DNA of 57,906 bases, counting the filler, from Sphacelaria rigidula (lineage: Eukaryota), in the NCBI GenBank assembly GCA_964200075.2. It is 5 parts of 5 records of this genome, joined end to end, with 100 filler letters (N's around TTAATTAATTAA, not from the genome) between each part and the next. Parts side by side here need not be neighbours in the genome. Positions count along the whole stretch, not along the records: positions 23,207 to 34,706 come from CAXNAA020004857.1; positions 34,807 to 46,306 come from CAXNAA020004858.1; 3 more parts are not named here. One strand, 5' to 3'. The notes under the pieces are model-generated. The model searched no databases. It was not told the DNA's origin and worked only from the letters and a program-made list of their open reading frames with translations. Made by a program: the position numbers and the translations under genes. This document shows, piece after piece, positions 24,350 through 37,010 of this stretch. Positions within the stretch are counted from its first letter, which is position 1. Every line of letters starts with the position of its first letter.

Positions 24350-25395
24350 ATGCCTTAGAGCGCGAGGGTAGTCTATCTGGATTATGCACACTTTTTCAAG
24401 TGAAATTGATACCGATTCAACAAACGGCGAAATTTTCAGACTTTCCAAAGAAAACCAATGCTGACAAAAAAATCTAACGCTAGATTTTCCGAGTAATATG
24501 CACACGGTCTTCAACCGTTCTATTCCTTGAACTGTTTCAGAAATCTTCTGTCACATTTTCCAGGGACGAAGTGCTTTTTCCAGAAAAAGTCGGGAAAGTC
24601 TGAAAAAAACAGTCGTGTTGACCCTTTGACGGCGACGGGTCATCTGTTGAACCGACATCAATTACACTCGGAAAAGGTAGTTATGTTCCAGTTTGTCTGC
24701 CCTCGCGGGCTAAGGGTGATACCGATTCAACAGATGACCTACCCTCGTTGTCTAAGGGTGAATAACGACCCCTACTAGGTTGTTTCGTGTGTGGAGGAGG
24801 GGGAAAAGACCCTGTAGGAATCCAGCGTGGCCAGCCTCGAACTCCCGACTCACCCTACATCAGTACACTGTGTTACCTCCACCCACGTACCAAGCACTTC
24901 CGGTTGTCCAGCAGCCTAATCCTTGCATTACCAACGGCTTTTCGCCAACATCAGCCCTTAAAGGGCGAGAGTAAGTCATCTATTGAACCGGCATCAAATT
25001 CACTTTAAAAACGTATGCATGATCCAGATGGGCTACCCTCGCGGTCTAAGGATGATGTTGATTCAACAGATGGCTTACTCTAGCTGCCTAAGGGTTAAAT
25101 GGCGACCCCTACAGGGTTGTTTCGTGTGTGGAGGATGAGGAGCATGACCTTATAGGACTCCAGTGTGGCCGGCCTCGATTTCCCTACCCACCCTACATCA
25201 GTACATCGTGTTACCCCTCCACCCATATATCCAACGCTTTCGGTTCTCTAGCAGCCTGATTCTTGCATTCCTAACGGTTTTTCGCCAATACCAGCCCTTT
25301 GACGACGAGATTGTAGGTCGTCCGTTGTATCGGCATGAATTTCACTCAACAAAAGTATGCATGATTCAGATAGACTACCCTCGCGGTCAAGGTGT
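24350..25395. repeat. About 340-bp tandem repeat (2 full + 1 partial units) preceded by an inverted partial copy
   Basis: Units begin at about 24641, 24977 and 25319 (catct.ttgaaccg.catcaa); inverted copy at 24350-24426. Confidence 0.85.
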
Positions 25396-27913
25396 TGACA
25401 CAAACCGGTGTGGTATCACTTCACCTCACAGAAGATAATGTGGTCTGTACCGACCCTGTGCAACACCAAGGATCACAGAAGACATTGCGGCTCAGGGGAT
25501 AGGGGCTGCAATGATGTACTGAAGAACTCACTGTGACTGCGCTCGACGCCGCATTCTCCACCAGACCACAAGCTTCCGGTAAACACCTTCAGCGCCGGAG
25601 GTGTTGATTTGTGGAATTTGCATCATCTTTACTTGAAAAGGCCTGAATATGATGCCGATTCCACAAATGGATATGTCCGACAGCTCGGAGAATTTTCTGA
25701 GTCCACATCATTTTCAGACCTATTTCAAGTAACAATGATGCCTACAATTACAGAATGTGTGAATTTCCGAGGCACTCTGTGCCTACGGAGCTATAGAACA
25801 CCCTCGCTGCCCGAGTGTTCACGATCTGCCTCTCTCGAGTTGCGGTTGGCGTTAGTGTTGAAGTGCGGGTGACTCAGTCTATCAAAGATTCGGATGTATG
25901 GAGAGAGGGGCTGAAAACGAAACTGAGCCCTGTGACCGCCTCTTGTTGAGTCAACATTCATTTCAGGCCGTTTTCAAGTAAAAATGATGCCTTCAAAGAT
26001 ATGATGTCTAAATTTTCGAATAAGTGAAATTCCGTGACGAAGGGCAAATTCCAAGAGTGAAAGCGTGGAAGTGTTGTTTATGACAGAGAACGTAAGGATG
26101 AAATATTGACACCTGGTGCGTCGGGTTGTGGGGAAATACGGCGCTGTCGTGCGTCACATAACAACTGTATGCAGGGAAGCCGTTCAAAAATAGTCTTGGT
26201 GCATATTAGTAATATGATTGGTATGCGTTCATCATTGAGACAGCGACGTCGCAAGACAAGACGCGAGCGGTTGCAATATCAATATTTTCCACACGGTATG
26301 CATGCGTCGCCTACAGGTAAAATCCGCTACGAGAACACGTAGGCTCACATTTTGGAGCACAAGTAGAAAAGTCGAGCGATGGTGATGATATACTTCCCGT
26401 CGTTATCTCTTCGTTTTTTCTGTCATACTTTGAAGCCCCTCCCTTCCCCTTGACGAGTCCGTAGTCTTGAGGGGTCAACCCACCTCTCTCCGGGCACTTG
26501 CCTGGTATGTTGTTATCTACGATTGGATCAGCACTTCCGCACCCAGTCGACTCTCGAGGAACTTTCGGACGTCCTTCGCTATTCGTGCGTTTTCCCTTTG
26601 AACGACGGAAGACCAGATTCTGTTCAAGAAGACGGTATCTGTCGAGATTCAAAATCCGCAAGATTCCGCCCTGACCAGCTATTGGGTGTCGGTCAAAACG
26701 GGGCGCAGCGGCGTTCTTTCTTTTTTTTTCCTTACACTTTGAACCCCTCCCCTTCCTCGGGATGAGTCCGTGGTCTCAAGGGATCAACCNNNNNNNNNNC
26801 GCGGATTGGGTCAGCACTCCCGCACCGCGTCAAGTCACGTCACACAAATTCAGTCGGCTACTTTGTTTACTCACGTTCTCACGCTTTTCACGGTGGAAAT
26901 CAGACATTACGAACAAAAAACCCAACGCATCGGGAATCAAACCCCCGTTCTCTCCATCCTAATGGCGACAGTCGGATCAATACACCACCGGAGCGCGGCG
27001 GGTCTATGCGCATAAAATTGCATAATTCATCGAGTGGTTGCCTTGATGGTTGAACGCACGGGTGCGTGTTACGGAAGCTTGTGAGTTTTCTTTCCTGCAG
27101 CCCTCGTCATGAACAATACACGACTCCTCATCATGCACTTGCCAGCACGCATTTGCTGCAGCTGCTCTTGCAAGGGTCGGACGAATCATGACTGGTTCCA
27201 ACCGCCAAATCTACGATTTCTGAGGCCTAACTGCTCGAAAGAGACGAGCAACGCTGACCGCGGGTCAAAAACGCCTCTGCACAAATTTTACGCTATCCCA
27301 CGTGCCTGGGGGGTGCGTAGCTGGGATGCAACGCTGAAAACAAAGCCCCGGGATTGATTCGTACGGTACAAATCAATGGCACTAAAAGCAAGTAATTTTC
27401 AGACGAATGATTTATTCGTCCGGTCCTTGACCTCCTGCTCTGGGCTCTCCACCGGACACAGTCGAAGCAAGTGTGTGCTCTGATTGGGCGACCATCGTAC
27501 ACGTGACGGAAGAAGCTAACGCGGAAGTTCCTATGCTGAAACACTCGCGCGACGTGCTGCAGCTCTCTAGCATGACATTTCTTTGCAGAACCTCATAGTA
27601 AGGCACGAGACACGGGGAAGCTTCAATGGGGTTTTCTGTTAACGTAGGGCGATGGTACAGAAGAGCATCGCAGCTGTGAATCTGAAACGATTGGCGACTG
27701 CGAACCTGACACCGTTGTACATCACGGATTCCAGGTTTGTGATCGATAGCCTCCTGCTCCGTGTACCATAACAACCGCGTGCGGTGCCAGGATGTATAAG
27801 GCCTGCGTTGCTTGTGATGAGTAGCGTAGCGTCGCCACACATGTCTTCTAATGTGAAAACACTGCCTTACATCTCTAACGGTCCTCCAACATAGGCGTGT
27901 CGGTTAGCTGCAG

Positions 27914-28000
27914 ACGTGGATCCTTCCATACCCATCCTGCGCCCGGACATTTGCGTGGTCAACCACTACACCGCTTCCTCGCGATTGGGATGGCATCAAG
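27914..28000 (+). CDS. alkB: AlkB-family Fe(II)/2-oxoglutarate dioxygenase exon (PDICVVNHYTASSRLGWHQ)
   Basis: AlkB motif PDxCxVNxY...LGxHxD; ctgcag acceptor and G|gtacgt donor; upstream exons not resolved. Confidence 0.88.
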
Positions 28001-28654
28001 GTACGTGAAAAGGGCTGCTAGTGATCCTTCGAACGCGAAGCTTTTGAGGACTCATTTCGCTTGGAGGGTTTGCATACGAACAACTGCGCGATGAAATGTA
28101 TGTACCGGTGAAGGAGTTGCAGAGTTTTGTATGCAGCTGTGCACCACCCAGTCGCCAGTTCAGACAAAACGCGCCGCATTGGCGAAAATGAGTTCTGAAA
28201 AATGTTGTACTTCCACGATCAAAAGAAGGATCGGTAGTCGTGAGCTGTGGAAAAAGCACGTACCTGTCTGAACTTATCTCATATTCATGGTAGTCTGTAC
28301 CATTGATTCCTTCGTCGACCTACTGCTCACCCTGTCTCGGAAGTTTCTTTCTTTCCGGCGTCTCGAGTGTTGACGTAGACTTGGGCGACTTGTGGGTGCA
28401 CCCCAGGCATCATACTCGCTGACGGTGGTTTTAGTATCTCATCCCGGGTACGTGACTATTTTTGGTGGTCTTTTAACACGTCCCCGCTGCGTTCTCCCCA
28501 CAGGGGTGATACCCGCATACCTCGAGGTTCCGTTCAACTATATACCGTACGGTACGTTGCACTCAACGGTACAGCAGATGAAATACCACCAGTATTTTGC
28601 CCCTGCCTCTACCGCGCTGCGCTGCTTCCGTTCGGTTATCCACTTGCACCGCAG

Positions 28655-28704
28655 ATCTGCTCAGCTCCCGAGATCCAGGATTGCCAGTGGTGTCGCTGTC
28701 GCTG
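28655..28704 (+). CDS. alkB: AlkB-family exon (DLLSSRDPGLPVVSLSL)
   Basis: Completes the HQD triad across the splice junction; PVVSLSLG motif; gtgagc donor. Confidence 0.85.
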
Positions 28705-29087
28705 GTGAGCAAAACCACGGGCCGCTGACCGAGGTTTGGCCGGAGATCCACTCTCCGCTCGCCGTTTCGTTACCCCCCCACCGGTTGGCAGTACATTCCA
28801 GACGGTGGGAATGATGGATTTTGTTGATGCGCGTGGCGTCGAAGAAACACTAAATTCGCGAAGCCCTACATCGTTGAGCAGATAGGGACAAATTGAAGAC
28901 CTCAGAATCGTGTAGAGTGACCAGACCCACTAAACCTCAGACCAGAGCTTCCCGAGTCATAGTTCCGATGGCATAAGCTTAATTTGTCTGATGGCACACG
29001 CGGCACCTTCACTTTTCACCCATCTGCTGTATTCGCCCATCCACCATACGTTCCTTCCCCAATGCTACATGTACTGATATCCTGTAG

Positions 29088-29369
29088 GGGCAGCCGGCAA
29101 TGTTCCAGTACCGTGTTTCTTGGAAAAAGACGGCAGCGATAAAATCTGTAACGCTCGAAAGTGGAGATGCGCTGATCTTCGGTGGTCGTTCTCGGGGTAT
29201 CATTCACGGCGTCCCCGGCGTAGGCGCTGCTATGGTCACCCCTCAAGCGGTTACCTTGGGGGCACCGGTTTTAGATTCGACGGTAGGACATTCGACGGCG
29301 GAAGAATGCCTTCGTTCATTGAACGTCCAGGAACGTGGGAGATATAACCTCAACTTCAGGGAGCTGTAG
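29088..29369 (+). CDS. alkB: AlkB-family terminal exon
   Basis: LESGDALIFGGRSRGIIHGV and GRYNLNFR (RxxxxxR), followed by stop. Confidence 0.92.
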   Translation, partial: GQPAMFQYRVSWKKTAAIKSVTLESGDALIFGGRSRGIIHGVPGVGAAMVTPQAVTLGAPVLDSTVGHSTAEECLRSLNVQERGRYNLNFREL

Positions 29370-29904
29370 GAACTCAGATGAAAGATTGAACTGTGTGGTT
29401 GTCAATGGGAGGAGGTTTCTGTCTTCATGTAGTTTCAATGGCCACAAGGCATAAACGTCCAAGAGCCTCAGAAAGCCCCAAGTACGTTTAGTGTACATGG
29501 GTACATGTTGTAGCCTAGACTACGGGTGTTATTTGTCTCGTTACGGTTACAGGATATGTCGTACGTTCTAGGTCCGTTGATCTGGGGAAGTACAGACGGC
29601 TCTTGTCGAAGATGACACCGTATGCTTCGAGCTTGCCCCACAAACCGTGCCATGGACCCGCTGGAGCTGCCACCACCCCACACTGCGTCACATTAGGCTA
29701 CGATTCTCAGCTGCCTCGTCGACATCATGTGTGGGTATCGCCAGTTCTGGTTCCACATCGTATCCATCTGCATCGACATCACATACGTACACGCCGCTAT
29801 ATTTCAACATATTTCGGCGCAGACTTGGTCGACGTGATCGTGCAGTGATGCGCGGCAGACCCAGCTATGGTTGTAGACTTGATATTTCTAGCGGCAAAAA
29901 CTCA

Positions 29905-30072
29905 ATAGGGCGAGCACTCGAGTCATTGCTCGTTGTGGAAAAAAAATACTGGGGCGAGCACTGGAGTCGTTGCTCATTGTGCAAAAAACGTTAATAGGGC
30001 AAGCACTCGAGTCATTGCTCGTTGTGGAAACAAACTAATGGGGCCGGCACTCGAGTCATTGCGCTCGTTGTA
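29905..30072 (+). repeat. About 44-bp minisatellite, block 1 (4 units)
   Basis: gggcgagcactcgagtcattgctcgttgtgg-a-rich unit. Confidence 0.9.
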
Positions 30073-31123
30073 GGATGAAATCAATCTCTTTGGGACCGGA
30101 CTTCCAGAACGACCAATGAGGCTGGTAAGGGATGACGTCTCTAGCGTCTGCACGAAACAGTGGCATGTTGCTGATAGTCCGCGTATGTAACCGTAGGGTT
30201 ATGAGGAAGACCGAAAGTTTCATCCAATCTATTTTCAGGTGCAGGGTGCGCAATAGGTGGTGTACATCTGATGTAGCAAGCAGTATGTGTCGCCGCAGAG
30301 AGCTTTCAACAGGGTGCGGCGACCGGCGGGCCACCCGCCACTCGTGGCTTTGGATGATATTATTGTCCTCATCACCTTTCCACAATGCCCTTTATGGTCG
30401 GGGTGGGCCGCCCTTTCCTTCTTCGTTGCATGCGACAAATTCTCTTCGAAGGGTATGGGCGTTGTGGCGCACATACATACAGTACAGTGCAATGCAGTAC
30501 GTCTCTCCGACTACAGCAGCAGCTGCCGGTGCATACTCCCTTGCACGTTCTGGGCAGTTCTCAGCGACGGAGACCAGCTGCCTATACACAGCTCGTTCAT
30601 CCCCGCCCACTACATACATGTTCACAGTGTTCTGCAAGTTATCGGCAGAGGATGGGCAGAGGGGTGGGCAGAATTCATGACGGTAGCTCATTTTGTCTCT
30701 CCACGGCCCACCTGGGTTTAGTGCCTCGCGAAAACGACCACATCGTGGCATGCAGACTCCTTCCCGATTTTTCCCACTCCACCCTGTGTAAGTGTAATTA
30801 CTACGTTCTAGTATAGGCTGGCGACCCGAAAAAGTCCTGGGAAATCCCGAGAACGCTATACTAAATGCAGTAATACGATGAGCCATGCTCCGAGCATCCT
30901 AGCTTCGGGAACCTGGAAAGGCTTATCTGGGCTGGGGATAGGCCCCCCACACGATCTTTGCAGTGACATCCCACTCGGCAACAGTCCCCGCGCTGGTCGT
31001 CCGGGTCTGGTCGATAAATTTCGCCTCGCCGTGATTGGGCAGGTCGCTCCCTGACTTATTTATAAATATTTTACTAACACATGGTCAACCCCGTGTTAGT
31101 GAGAGGTCGGTCCCAAAAGGATT

Positions 31124-31500
31124 AATAGGGCGAGCACTCGAGTCATCGCTCGTTGTGCAGACAAACTAGCAGGACGAGCACTCGAGTCATTGCTCGCTGT
31201 GGGAACAAACTAACAGGGCGAGCACTCGAGTTATTGCTCGCTGTGGAGACAAACTAACAGGGCGAGCACTCGAGTCATTGCTCGTTGTGGGAAAAAGTTA
31301 AGAGGGCGAGCACTCGAGTCGTTTCTCGTTGTGAAAAAAGTAACGACTCGAACGCACGAGTCATTGCTCGTTGTAAAAAAGGTCATGACTCGAACGCACG
31401 AATCATTGCTCGTTGTAAAAAAAGTCATGACTCGAACGCACGAGTCATTGCTCGTTGTAAAAAAAGCATTGACTCGGACGCACGAGTCATGCTAGTTGTG
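31124..31500 (+). repeat. 42-44-bp minisatellite, block 2 (about 9 units, two subtypes)
   Basis: Five gggcgagcactcgagtcattgctcg units, then four atgactcgaacgcacgagtcattgctcgttgtaaaaaa units. Confidence 0.9.
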
Positions 31501-31868
31501 TTTTCAAAAAACATCCACGAGTGCATTCGTTTCGACGGCTCGTCCGACGTGTGCAATTTACAGCTCAGACAGCAGTCGAGCGTGTCTCGATGACGGAGAT
31601 GATTGAAACGTCTTACTATCGTCAAAGAACCGTAATGGTTCGCAGTCACTCTCAATCCCCTAACTTACGCAAGGAGATAATATACTCGGCGTTTCATGCT
31701 CTACCGAGGAGTAGACGTGGACAGCAGTAAGTTAGCTGACGGAAGAAAGTGGGTAGGGGGGGGGGGGGGGGGCGGGTTCCCCTGCCCCCCCCTTCTTAAT
31801 GCNNNNNNNNNNTTGTTTTTGTCCCTTAGACAGAGAGGGCAGAGGGAGAGGAAAGGATGAAGGGGGGG

Positions 31869-31900
<32 letters not shown>

Positions 31901-32182
31901 GCTGGTTCCCCTGCCCCGCCATTCCTAATGCGTGACGTCTAGAAAATCACTAGGGAAACCACCCAAGCCAACCACCCGCTTGCTAGGGAAATCACCCGCT
32001 ATTCTCGCAGTAGTCTCTTTTTCTCGAATAACTCTTATTCCTGGAACATACTTCATGAATGGTGCCTACCGGTGAATCTACCTAATTGGCACAGTACAGG
32101 GTATACTACGTATTCCTGAACACGCCCGCCTGCCCAATACTTCGGACGCGCTACAGTACGTACTTTCTGGATTTTCGAAAAC

Positions 32183-32880
32183 CTAAGCACCATTTATCAG
32201 AAAACGAGCATGTCTCTCAAAGGCCTTCGCGTTCAATGCTTTGGTGAGTATGTCCGCGTGTTGCTCTGCTGAGTTCACGTATTCCACACGGATGATGCTG
32301 CTGTCGACGGCGTCCCCAACGACGTGGTGTTTGACGTCGATGTGCCTTGTCCGTCGGCTGTTGAGCCAGTTGTTTGCCCTTCTAATAGCACCCTGATTGT
32401 TCTCGTGAAGAGGAATCCCGGTCTCAGCGGGCGGTGCCATGAAGTATTTTACTGTCTGAGGAAGCGCAGCTCGTTGGTTTCTTCTGCGAGCGCAATGTAC
32501 TCCGAATCTGATGTAGACGAAGCAGTGGGCTTCTGTGCCCGGGAGCACCAGCTGGTGGCGCCTCCGGCCAGCATGAACGCTACTCCTGACACCGAAGGTC
32601 GGGTATCCGACCAGGTCGCGTGGTCCGCGTCGACCCACTCGGAAAGCTTGGTGTCGTTTCTGGACGTCCCTCCGTAGACGATCCCGCGATCTGTGGTGCG
32701 CTTCAGGTACTGCATGACCTTCATAACTGCTTTGCAGTGTGCCGGTCCCGGGTTGTCGCTGAACTTGGCGACGTCGTGTGCTGCGAAGGATAGATCGGGT
32801 CTCGTTATGGTAGCAATTCACCACATCAGTGCTCCCACCGCCTCTCGGTAGGGAATACTCCACATCTCGTTCACTTCGTG
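32183..32880 (-). mobile_element. Ty1/copia LTR retrotransposon remnant (RT C-terminus + RNase H)
   Basis: PYREAVG, TRPDL, YLKRT, WVDADHA, SWCSRAQ, SEYIAL, ENNQGAI, RTRHIDVKHH, QHADILTKAL; frameshifted. Confidence 0.93.
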
Positions 32881-34706
32881 TGGAAGTAGTTGAGAAAATC
32901 AAACTGTTCAGTTTTTACAGCTGTTATAAAATTCTGTGCAAGCATGTTGTTACGGTGACTTCTGTGCAGACGACAGTCAGTGCAGTACAGCAACAAAAGC
33001 TAGCCATGGTCGGGTTTGCCTGCCGTACTGCCGACAGCGTTGCTTGAAAGCCACAAGACCTTTGCGGTCGGCGGTTGATGGCGTGGGTGTCAAATGCAAC
33101 GACAAGCGGTTGATCATATAGTACTCTTGTCCCTCGTGGATATCTCGTCCCAGCTTGTAAGGCATGATCCCCTCACTTCGGAATTCTGGAAAGCTACTGT
33201 ACCGCGGTGTTCACGCAACGGGTGTGTGTCCAGATTGCAGCATGGAGGCACTCCTATGCGCCACCCTAGCGACAGTTAGGACACCACCATAGGCTATTAT
33301 TTTCACTTCGCACATCAAAACGGTCTCCACAAGTGTTTGATCTCTCATACACCCCCCAATTAGCGTGTTTCACGCTCTTGTGGTCGGGCACCCGAAGGGT
33401 CCATTGTCGGGTAAAATCAACGATGAATAACACCCCCCAACTTCAATTTGCATCTGTTATTGCCCAGGGGCGTCCTTGCTGGCATGCGTGTGGCAGACAA
33501 CAGTAGCGGTGACGGGAACATCGCCCTGTTTTTCAACGACGTGTCCTGCAGCGCGCAGAGGCGCGTCTTGTCCATAAAGAAAGGCAGAGAGGAATCGATA
33601 TTTGCATTGGTGAGCTCCACAGACAAGAAGACACGAAATCCCTCCCCACCTCGACGTTCCTTGGGGGGCTGGGCAGCAGTATAACATGCCTACCGGCACA
33701 CGAGAAATTTGGTACATGCTGGTGACATGCAATGCCAGTCTCTCGAGCGATTGGGAATCGCCGAGCGAGGACACACAAAGAATCCGGGTGAGGAGCTTCC
33801 TCTCTGTCGCTGATTCTCTCTCTGGTCATATCGTCATCGACACGCGTGTACACCGCATTCGTTCGGTGCACCTAGCCACAACTGCTTGACTGCTGCGGAC
33901 ATTCGGGGGGGAAGATGGTCTCGCTCCATGTAACTGTTTTGCGTCATCCCTGCAAAAAAGATATGCCACCTGAACCCTATTTTAGAGATCAAGCCAGGAG
34001 TGCCCACTATACAACCTCCAAGACCCTATGTACCCCCCCCCTCCGGCGGTCGTAGGATTTTTTTCACGTGAAAAAACACTCAATAAACAGTAGACCTCGG
34101 AAATGGTACCAGTTTTAACTAGCCATTATCCTCATAATGGAGTGATGCGACGGTGGGGTTGCACTCTTTGAGCGAAAATGTTTCTCGGAGTGTTGTAAGC
34201 ATAATTTGAAGAACCGGCATCATTTTCACTTGAAAAGGACTGAAAATGATGCCGATTCACAAAAAGGCCCCTGTGTGCATCTCCATGTCCTGCCCCCGGA
34301 GATTTGGGTTGCAAGGTAAGCCCCATATATTTGGGCTCCTACAAAAACGAGACCTAGAAACAAAAAGTGCAACCCCTATCGTAGCATTGGTCAATGGTGA
34401 TATTAGCAATGGTTAATGCTTTCAAACCACTATTCACCATTACCTGCTTTATAAGCCGTTACTGGCTACGTATGCTACACACAGCCCTGGAGAAATTGCC
34501 TAAATTTAACGGGGTTTTTTGCTTTCGTGAAGCCAAATTGTGTAAAAACGTGCCTCCGGCACGGCACCTCCAGCGGGACCCTCCAGGGACGCCTCTGGTG
34601 GCCCTCCCCCTGCCCCCAGGGGGGGGGGGGGACCATTTGTTGCTTACCTACCTTAGTCGTGTGACCATTGACCACGCATCCCTTTCGAGACGGAGCACCA
34701 TTCCTA

Positions 34707-34806
34707 NNNNNNNNNNNNNNNNNNNNNNNNNNNNNNNNNNNNNNNNNNNNTTAATTAATTAANNNNNNNNNNNNNNNNNNNNNNNNNNNNNNNNNNNNNN
34801 NNNNNN
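34707..34806. other. Artificial contig spacer
   Basis: N44-TTAATTAATTAA-N44. Confidence 0.98.
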
Positions 34807-35164
34807 AGCTTATGGATGAGTGTTATTGATCCACAACAAGCTTGTTCGAACAACCGTGGCCGCTTTCAACGACGATCTGTCTAGAAATTTCGAGCAACAA
34901 ATGGCCCAAACTACCCCCCCCCCCCCTATCGTAGGATGACTCGTTTGCTTATATGATACCCCACTAAAGTGGGGGCCACACGAACGTAGCATATGTTCAC
35001 CATAAGCGCTGTATAACGGCCCGTAAATCGGTGCAACATAAACGTGAACGGTATTCTCAAGCCACTCGATGTCTCGAACGTAAGGGCAATGGCCTCGGAG
35101 GGGGGGGAAGGGAAAACGCAACAGGGGTCACCGTAGGCTGACAGTTCTGAACTCCCTCCTCTTA

Positions 35165-35632
35165 CGACGCCACTCGATGCGTGAGCTAGGCAACCAGGTT
35201 TCCGTTCTGTCCGTTTGCGTTTCTTTTGCGGTAACCATGATGGTGGTCGAGCTAGATCATATTGTGCGTGGTGGAAATCCCGGACTCCGCGCAAAGGGTA
35301 CGACCGTACTACGTAATGTCTACATGGTGAAACACCCATGAGGCAGTGTATGTCCTGTCGCTGACTCTGAAAATGGCGATACCCGAAAATGAAGCAAATC
35401 GTTAGAAGGTGTCATCCATATGCAAGGTAACCAGTACGCTTTGGGGCGAACAGAACAATTTTGGAAGGATGCAGCTAATCATTCACGCGACTTGCCGAAC
35501 ACGTCACGGCGCTTCGTGCATGGTGATTGCAAGCCTGGTCCGGTTAAAACCCGCCATGCTCCGTTCCAATTTTGTAGGGATGCAAGGTCAATGGCCATAT
35601 GACTACGGCATGCAAGATCATAAGTATACCCC
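35165..35632 (+). repeat. Dispersed repeat family A, long copy
   Basis: Collinear with 50480-50948 (ttttgcggtaaccatga.ggtggtcgag, atggtga.acacccatgaggcagt, gaaaatgaagcaa). Confidence 0.85.
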
Positions 35633-36572
35633 GAGTCCCGAACCCCAAAGATGTGAACCAGAGCGGCCTTGGTGCTCCTGTCGACGTTTGTGGGGGGGGC
35701 TGAATGAAACCATGTACTCTCCACGAGTTTGTACGCTGAAACACGACTCTTACACCGTCCGGTTCGTCATATCCTCAAATTTGTCGAGGAGGACTTGAAA
35801 TCTCGTGCTGCATCGTACCCATTTCGCTCGAAATGCGGGATGTCGTGCGTATGCGGTGTTTCGTTGTGTCTCTGGCCAGTACATATACCATATAACCGTG
35901 AATATATCAGAAAATGTCTAGGTTGAAGTTAATAATTATACCATTTCTACTTCAGGTCCAAATGGTAATTTTTTCAAAACCAAATCTGATGAAGCAACGG
36001 TAGAAAGGATCAACAGTACTCTGTGTTTTTTAAGCATAAGTAACAAGCACCGCAGATCTACTTTTATGGATAAACAAGGACTATAATGAAAAAATATGGC
36101 CATTTGAGTTTACACTCAATTTGAACGACTACTTGAACTTCAAGGAGGTGGTTACCGCGCACACGACGGCGAAAATGATGATTTACGGTTTTGATAAAGA
36201 GCTGTCAGCACAGGTACGGAGCAATGGAGTCAGGCACAGAAATACTGCACTCCCTACGAAACAAGTAGAAGTACTCCTTTATGGCAGAGCATAACCCCCC
36301 CAACCAGCCTCCTGCTTGCGACAGCCCCGTGCCGTCCATGAAGTCATCGTTGTCCCTATCGTTGCTGGTCTGAATTCCCTGACCGCGAAGCAGCCATTCA
36401 ATATTTGACTTCACGCATGGCATTGTACCACTCTGTTGGTTGAAGTTTGTAAGCTACTCCTTGCTGCTGAAATTAATATCCCAACTCTTCGTCGTCAGGG
36501 GATCCAGACTTTATGTCTACCATCATGGTATCAAAATCCTGCATGAATCCTATGCGTCAAACCTCGATCGAA

Positions 36573-37010
36573 CAGCCGATCATCAGGATTGAGGATAGAG
36601 CTTTTCATTGAGGATGATAACCCAGAAAATTGAAATCTTCGCATCCACGCGAATTCTTCGAAATATGGTTCAATTCCTTCATCTGCTGGTAGCTATTGAC
36701 AACTGCTACACGCCATAACAACTTGGATTCTGATTACCAAAATTGAGGGGTTAAAGGTGAAAAAGAAAACGTTGGGAATTGAAGTGATCCGGCCGGATCA
36801 CTTCAACTCCCAATAATTGTTTTTTCATCTTAGACCCCCAAATTTCGGTCATCGGAATCCAATCTCTTATGACGTGTGGTAATTGTCAATAGCTACCAGC
36901 AGATGAAGAAATGAAACCATATTTCGAAGAATTTGTGTGGATGCAAAGATTTATATTTTCCGGGTTGTCATCCTAATGAGAAGCTCTATCCTCATTCCGA
37001 TGATCGGCTG
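36573..37010. mobile_element. 438-bp loop-less imperfect palindrome (foldback element, CAG...CTG ends)
   Basis: Centre at 36792/36793 with a perfect 28-bp core ttgaagtgatccgg|ccggatcacttcaa; arms pair out to cagccgatcatc/gatgatcggctg. Confidence 0.9.

Noticed and set aside
29905..31500. CRISPR-like array
   Set aside because: Inter-repeat segments are short and near-identical rather than unique spacers, there are no cas genes, and the context is eukaryotic; it is a minisatellite.
31745..31935. Duplicated G-rich motif or G-quadruplex locus
   Set aside because: The duplication straddles a 10-N gap (31803-31812) next to poly-G, so it is likely an assembly overlap; similar caution applies at the 26790-26799 gap.
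33417..33890. Gene exons downstream of the copia remnant
   Set aside because: Short open frames on both strands with no recognisable motif or consistent splice chain.
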